A stretch of DNA of 64,000 nt from a virus. A model generated the notes under the pieces. That model was not told where the DNA came from. It saw nothing but the letters and a program-made list of their open reading frames with translations, and made no database searches. Each line of letters begins with the position of its first letter. Within the stretch, counting starts at the first letter, position 1. The DNA lies in IMG/VR virus record IMGVR_UViG_3300048074_000027, positions 676 to 64,675 of that record. One strand, written 5' to 3'. Made by a program: the position numbers and the translations under genes. Shown in pieces: positions 59,804-64,000 of the stretch.

Positions 59804-60726
59804 TATTCAACTCCCATAGCTCGGTGAAGGTTGGCAGGTAAAAGCGCTTTCTGGTTTTGAACGATGGTATTGTCCTTTGGCGTCGCATAGGCAATGAATC
59901 GTTCAACGTGTGAGGCATCGCGCAAGATTAAGTCTATTCCGTCGTAGACCGTCGCGGAATTGTTTTGCCCTTGGTGGTAGGCGGAATTTTTACAGCCATC
60001 AATCGCAATTTTTAGCCTGTCAACGCTAAAGCCCTCTTTGAGCCGGGCGATTATGATTCGCCTGCGCTTTGCGTCTAAAATTGACCGTGGATGGTTATGT
60101 TTGATTTTCCAATAGTCGAAAACTTCTGATACCTGAGTGCTGTGCTTGTCGGGTTTTAGTGGCTCCATTGGCAAACTCTCGCTTTCCGGTAAGTCGGGCG
60201 ATGGCTTGTTTGACATGTCTTCTTTAGTATTAAGAATACAAGTTAAAGAATAAGAGCTTTGCTGCAAACCGTTTTCCAAGTTGCCGACAACTTGCTCGCA
60301 AGTGGTTTTTGTATCTTGCTGTATCTGTTCAGGTTCCGCCTCGACTTGTTTTTGAGTCGCGCCGCTCTCGCCTGATTCCCCCTTCTGTTCAATGACTTCT
60401 GGTGGTTCAGGGAATACGGATTTCTCATCAGGATGCGGCGATTGATAGCGAATAAAGCTTGTAATGTGAATGTATTCGTTGCCGTCAACTTGGTAGAAAC
60501 TTATGAGCAACTTGGAAGCAAGTTGTTTTAGCCAAGTCGTTGCGTCTTCTACGGTTGCGTCATAGGGTAAAATTTCAGCCTTCAATCTTTTGGGGCGATG
60601 CTCTAAATTTCCGTTCCGATCCGCGAAACACCAAAGCCCTTGAAAGAATATCCGGCCAAGCGGGTCAATATCGGACAATGCCTCGTTTTTGAAGAAATTC
60701 GGCGAGAGATTGCGTTTGCGCGGCAT
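59803..60726 (-). CDS. Phage replication initiator / replisome organiser
   Basis: PNFFKNE...FFQGLWCFADRNG N-domain; VFDYWK C-domain; adjacent to DnaB. Confidence 0.8.
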   Translation of the reverse strand: MPRKRNLSPNFFKNEALSDIDPLGRIFFQGLWCFADRNGNLEHRPKRLKAEILPYDATVEDATTWLKQLASKLLISFYQVDGNEYIHITSFIRYQSPHPDEKSVFPEPPEVIEQKGESGESGATQKQVEAEPEQIQQDTKTTCEQVVGNLENGLQQSSYSLTCILNTKEDMSNKPSPDLPESESLPMEPLKPDKHSTQVSEVFDYWKIKHNHPRSILDAKRRRIIIARLKEGFSVDRLKIAIDGCKNSAYHQGQNNSATVYDGIDLILRDASHVERFIAYATPKDNTIVQNQKALLPANLHRAMGVE

Positions 60727-60728
60727 TC

Positions 60729-61061
60729 TTAATAACCCCCCACTTCTGACTCCATCAAGTTTTCTTCCTCCATCTTCTGACGACGGTTCCACTCTTCAAT
60801 TTCAGCCTGATGATAGTCTTCCGCGTCTTGTCCGTCTCGAACCGCGTCTTCTTCTTCACCGACTAAATCCTCGGTTTCAATTAAGCATTGAGGCAAGTCG
60901 TGACTGGATCGGAGTTCCGCCCGCCCAAGCGACTCGCTTTCAGCCCCTACAGGGCATCGCTCGTTTCTGCATTCGTTTTTCTTGCGTCCAGCACTCAATG
61001 GTTCGCCCTCAGTTAGATTGTAGATATTCTTTGGCTTCGTCGTACGCTTGAAGTAAGCCAT
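60729..61061 (-). CDS. Hypothetical acidic protein whose ORF runs through element A3
   Basis: ORF track; RBS plausible. Confidence 0.45.
   Translation of the reverse strand: MAYFKRTTKPKNIYNLTEGEPLSAGRKKNECRNERCPVGAESESLGRAELRSSHDLPQCLIETEDLVGEEEDAVRDGQDAEDYHQAEIEEWNRRQKMEEENLMESEVGGY
60908..60969 (+). repeat. Element A, copy 3 (core only, no promoter part)
   Basis: ATCGGAGTTCCGCCCGCC...GACTCGCT...GCCCCTACAGGGCATCGCTCGTTTCT. Confidence 0.8.
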
Positions 61062-62088
61062 TCTCGAAAGGCGCAGCTAGTCCGTTCAGGCTTTCGTTCA
61101 GCGCATCCTTTAGCTTATTGGGCAGCAAGTGGTAACAGCCACGGCACAGCGGTAGGCTTTTGACCTTTCGCTTACCACAGAAACAATTCCAAGAACCTAC
61201 CGCTTGTGCGACTTTTCGAGTGTGTATGACTAATTCATTGTGTGTCATAACCTAAAAGCTTCCTCGCCCTGCCGTGCGCGCACTCGCCCTTACCTACCCA
61301 CAAATGTTCTTGGCAATAACCGTGGTGGTCTAAGCGGCACGGATCGGAACTTACAATCTGACTCAGAATTGTTTTCAATTCGTTCGCCTCTTGCTGAAAG
61401 TGTACGGCGTTACCTGCCCAATGCGTTGCGCCTTCGCGTATCTTTTTCAGCTTTTTGATTTCGGCGATAGCTTCGGCAAATAAGTCTGCCTTCGGTTCGC
61501 CTGTAATATCAATCAGCATCCAGATAAGCGTATCGCGCTCGTATTTGGTCTGGTCTGGTTCGTTCGGAATTGACACCGCTTTTTCGATGCCAGCGCGTAG
61601 GAGCGCAAATACGTCATCACGTCGAATCAACTCTTCGCCGTCAGATGCGAAGTCTACTGTTGGCATTTCAGCTATGGCCTGCCGAGTGTTGACCACGCTG
61701 AAGCGTGCATTCCACCCCGCCTCAAAATACATAAAATCAAGCGGCCATCCGCACTCATCGGGGAACTGAATCCGTTCGTCGTTGATGTTGCATCCGGTTT
61801 TAATTGCCCACGCTTCAAGTAGTTCGGTTGGGTATTTACTACTCCGCTCTTCAGTTAGAAAATCGTTCATCGCATTGTCTCCACTGCTGGCAAAACGTGC
61901 TTCTTGAAATCTCCCACCGTCATCCAACTGCTGAGCGTGGAATAAACACCATCGCCAAGCGTACAGTTGCCGGAATTATCTTTCTGCACGCATAGCCAGA
62001 TAAATTGCGCATCTTTGGTGACACCAACGAAGCGAAAGCCTTGCTGGTTGGGAATATCTCTTGGTTCACGAATTATGCTCATAGCCAT
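61009..62088 (-). CDS. Three genes between A3 and B3 (61009..61248 Zn-finger, 61235..61870, 61867..62088)
   Basis: Overlapping ORFs, GGAG RBS. Confidence 0.6.
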
Positions 62089-62105
62089 TGCTCCTATACA
62101 GATAA

Positions 62106-62240
62106 CCGAAAAACGGGGCGGGCGGAAAACACCAGAAGGCCCTGGCCCGCTCCGGCTACAGCGGCTCGCTCAATCGCTCGCACGCCTTCTCCATCCGGGG
62201 CCGGGGGTCGTCACTTGCCCCTACAGGGCAGCGTTCCTTC
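62106..62240 (+). repeat. Element B, copy 3
   Basis: GGGGCGGGCGGAA...GGCTCGCTCAATCGCTC...GGGGGTCGTC...GCCCCTACAGGGCAGCGTTCCTTC. Confidence 0.85.
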
Positions 62241-62374
62241 AGCGCACATCCCGCCGAATCCGCTATCCGGGTCAATTTCTTCTTCGATCAATTCCGTGTC
62301 GCATTGGATGCAAGTCATACGTCTCCTTTCGTGCGCGTCTCCGCTGCCGGTGCGCGGCGGGCGTGGATGCGAGA

Positions 62375-63970
62375 TTAAATCGCTTCGTAAGTCGCAAAAT
62401 CAGCGCCCATCTTCTTTTGAAATTCAATAAGACAATTCGCGCATAAAGACATTGCGCCTTGCAGCCCGTCGCTGCCCGGCTTCGCTTCGGTTGCCACGAT
62501 GACGGGCTTGATGGTGCATCGCTCTACTTTTCGCCGTCCGCCTATTTGCATAAAACTTGGATTGGTGATGATGTCAGCCTGGCATCTTGTTTTGTCTACA
62601 GGCTCCAACGCTGGTTGAGTATTCATTATTGCTCCAAAAAAACAGAAAAGGCCGCGCTCTACGATGCCTGCGCCTAAGTGATAACCATTCCCTTTGGCAG
62701 AGAATGCCGCACAAGGCATCGTACAACGCGGCCTGATTGACCGCTATTCTCTCACTGAGTTATCAGATCAGAAAGAAAAACAAATTCGAAAAGAGCGGCT
62801 GGTTGCCAAGCCAGCGCCGTCACTCTAGCGCATCGTGGGCAGTGATGCAACGGCTATTTGATTAAATCAGACGACGGACTAATCAGTACATCAAGCGCTG
62901 CCCCGCGCAATTCTTCTGGCTCGCATTTGATGTACACGCCAACCATATTCTGCGCTTTCAATTGTTCGACCGTGTAACAATCAGTAGCCTTCGGGTCGCC
63001 GATGATCTTTCCTTTGAGCCAGTTTTGATGATGCTGCGAAGCTTCCTCTTGTGATTTGTTGAAGCTTCGCGCTACGCACATTTCAGCGTTGCTGCCTTTT
63101 GGGTTATACGTATTGCTCAACCATCGCACTTTGAAGCCCGCCCTATCGCCGGTTAAGGCTTCGGCATGATCCTGCTCAAATTCAATCCGTGAAGGCCGAT
63201 TGTTGCCGCTTTCCTGATTCTGCTTTTCATTATTCATTGTCTTAATCTCCTATTGGTTAAAGCGTTGATCCGTGAACCGCCGCTTGGCGGCAATTCCTTT
63301 CAGCGTAAGCCGCTGCCAATAAAAGCCGCTTTCCAACCTGAGCCGCTCGCACCATCCCAGCCGCGTGGCAAGGTCACTAAGCGGCGTCAGAAGCAGGCTC
63401 GGCATTAGCTGGCCAGACCGGTCAACCGTGCGGAATAAGTAGGCCAGCTTTTTGAACTGCTTGCGTTGTTGACGTTTGTTCATCGCTTCACCTCTTCTGT
63501 AGAAGCTATCGGCTCTGGCCTAAAATGCTCCGTTACCGCGTCAAGGAAATCCTCATCTTGAATGCGGCGATAGCATGGAAGGCAAAGACCGATAACGGCG
63601 TCGTTTTCAGCTACTTCAGTGTCGCATTCTAGGCACTTCATTGTTTCCCCTCGCTCGCCTCGCCGTGAACGCGGGCAAGCACGGCTTCAGCTTGCTGGAT
63701 AACAATTTTATACTCGGAATAGTGTGCAAGATCACTAGGACTCGCCTCAACTGACCAGTTCACGTTTAGAGCAAGCGAATTTTCCAGCGCGTCAACCAGA
63801 TCGCCGTAACCGGCAGCGACAAGCGCGGCGTCGGCCAAATTGCGCGACACGAGCGGACTGGTATATTGCTGCCGCTGAATGGCTTCCGTTGCCACTGTCA
63901 GCATCGTGGGCGGGATTGGTGCGGACTGCGGTTTGGTGCTTTCTATTGCATTCCTATTCCATTCCGCCAA
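62375..63970 (-). CDS. Hypothetical genes (62375..62626, 62854..63237, 63250..63483, 63638..63970)
   Basis: ORF track with RBS-like motifs. Confidence 0.55.
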
Positions 63971-64000
63971 CTGCCAATCGTTTTCTTTGTCAATCTCTGC

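Noticed and set aside
62217-62230. GCCCCTAC as a RAYT-associated REP sequence
   Set aside because: Only part of the motif is present, it is not in all copies, and there is no RAYT gene or REPIN doublet; kept only as a loose analogy.
1-64000. CRISPR array, reverse transcriptase/DGR, retron, integrase, DNA polymerase
   Set aside because: No regularly spaced repeats and no YxDD, tyrosine/serine recombinase or polymerase motifs were recognised in any ORF.

Overview
This 64 kb window is most of a tailed dsDNA (siphovirus-like) phage or prophage genome. The minus strand (47.3 to 15.9 kb) carries a large fibre-like gene, terminase small and large subunits, portal, scaffold, major capsid, head-tail joining proteins, tail tube, chaperones (-1 frameshift), tape measure, distal tail/hub and tail fibre. 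A replication module (initiator plus DnaB, VRR-NUC, HNH) sits at 55.6-60.7 kb, with many small early genes at both ends. A plus-strand block at 5.4-14.1 kb holds a holin, a secreted beta-helix enzyme and a secreted TIGR03437-like protein, which suggests an Acidobacteriota host. No integrase, canonical endolysin, reverse transcriptase or CRISPR array was recognised. The most unusual signal is three copies of a paired, structured non-coding element (A and B) that bracket 0.5-1.3 kb of unrelated cargo genes. Each pair shares a directly repeated hairpin core and a 9-12 bp inverted repeat, which suggests an undescribed gene-cassette exchange or excision system. Other notable items are a likely -1 frameshift in a membrane-protein gene, a 12-bp palindrome cluster, a candidate sRNA, an initiator-like tRNA(CAT) alongside many apparently leaderless genes, an AlkB-like dioxygenase and a tail-tube paralogue inside the tail operon, a degenerate MazG and a T4-style RBS-sequestering hairpin. 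All calls are by eye from motifs and synteny; no database searches were run.
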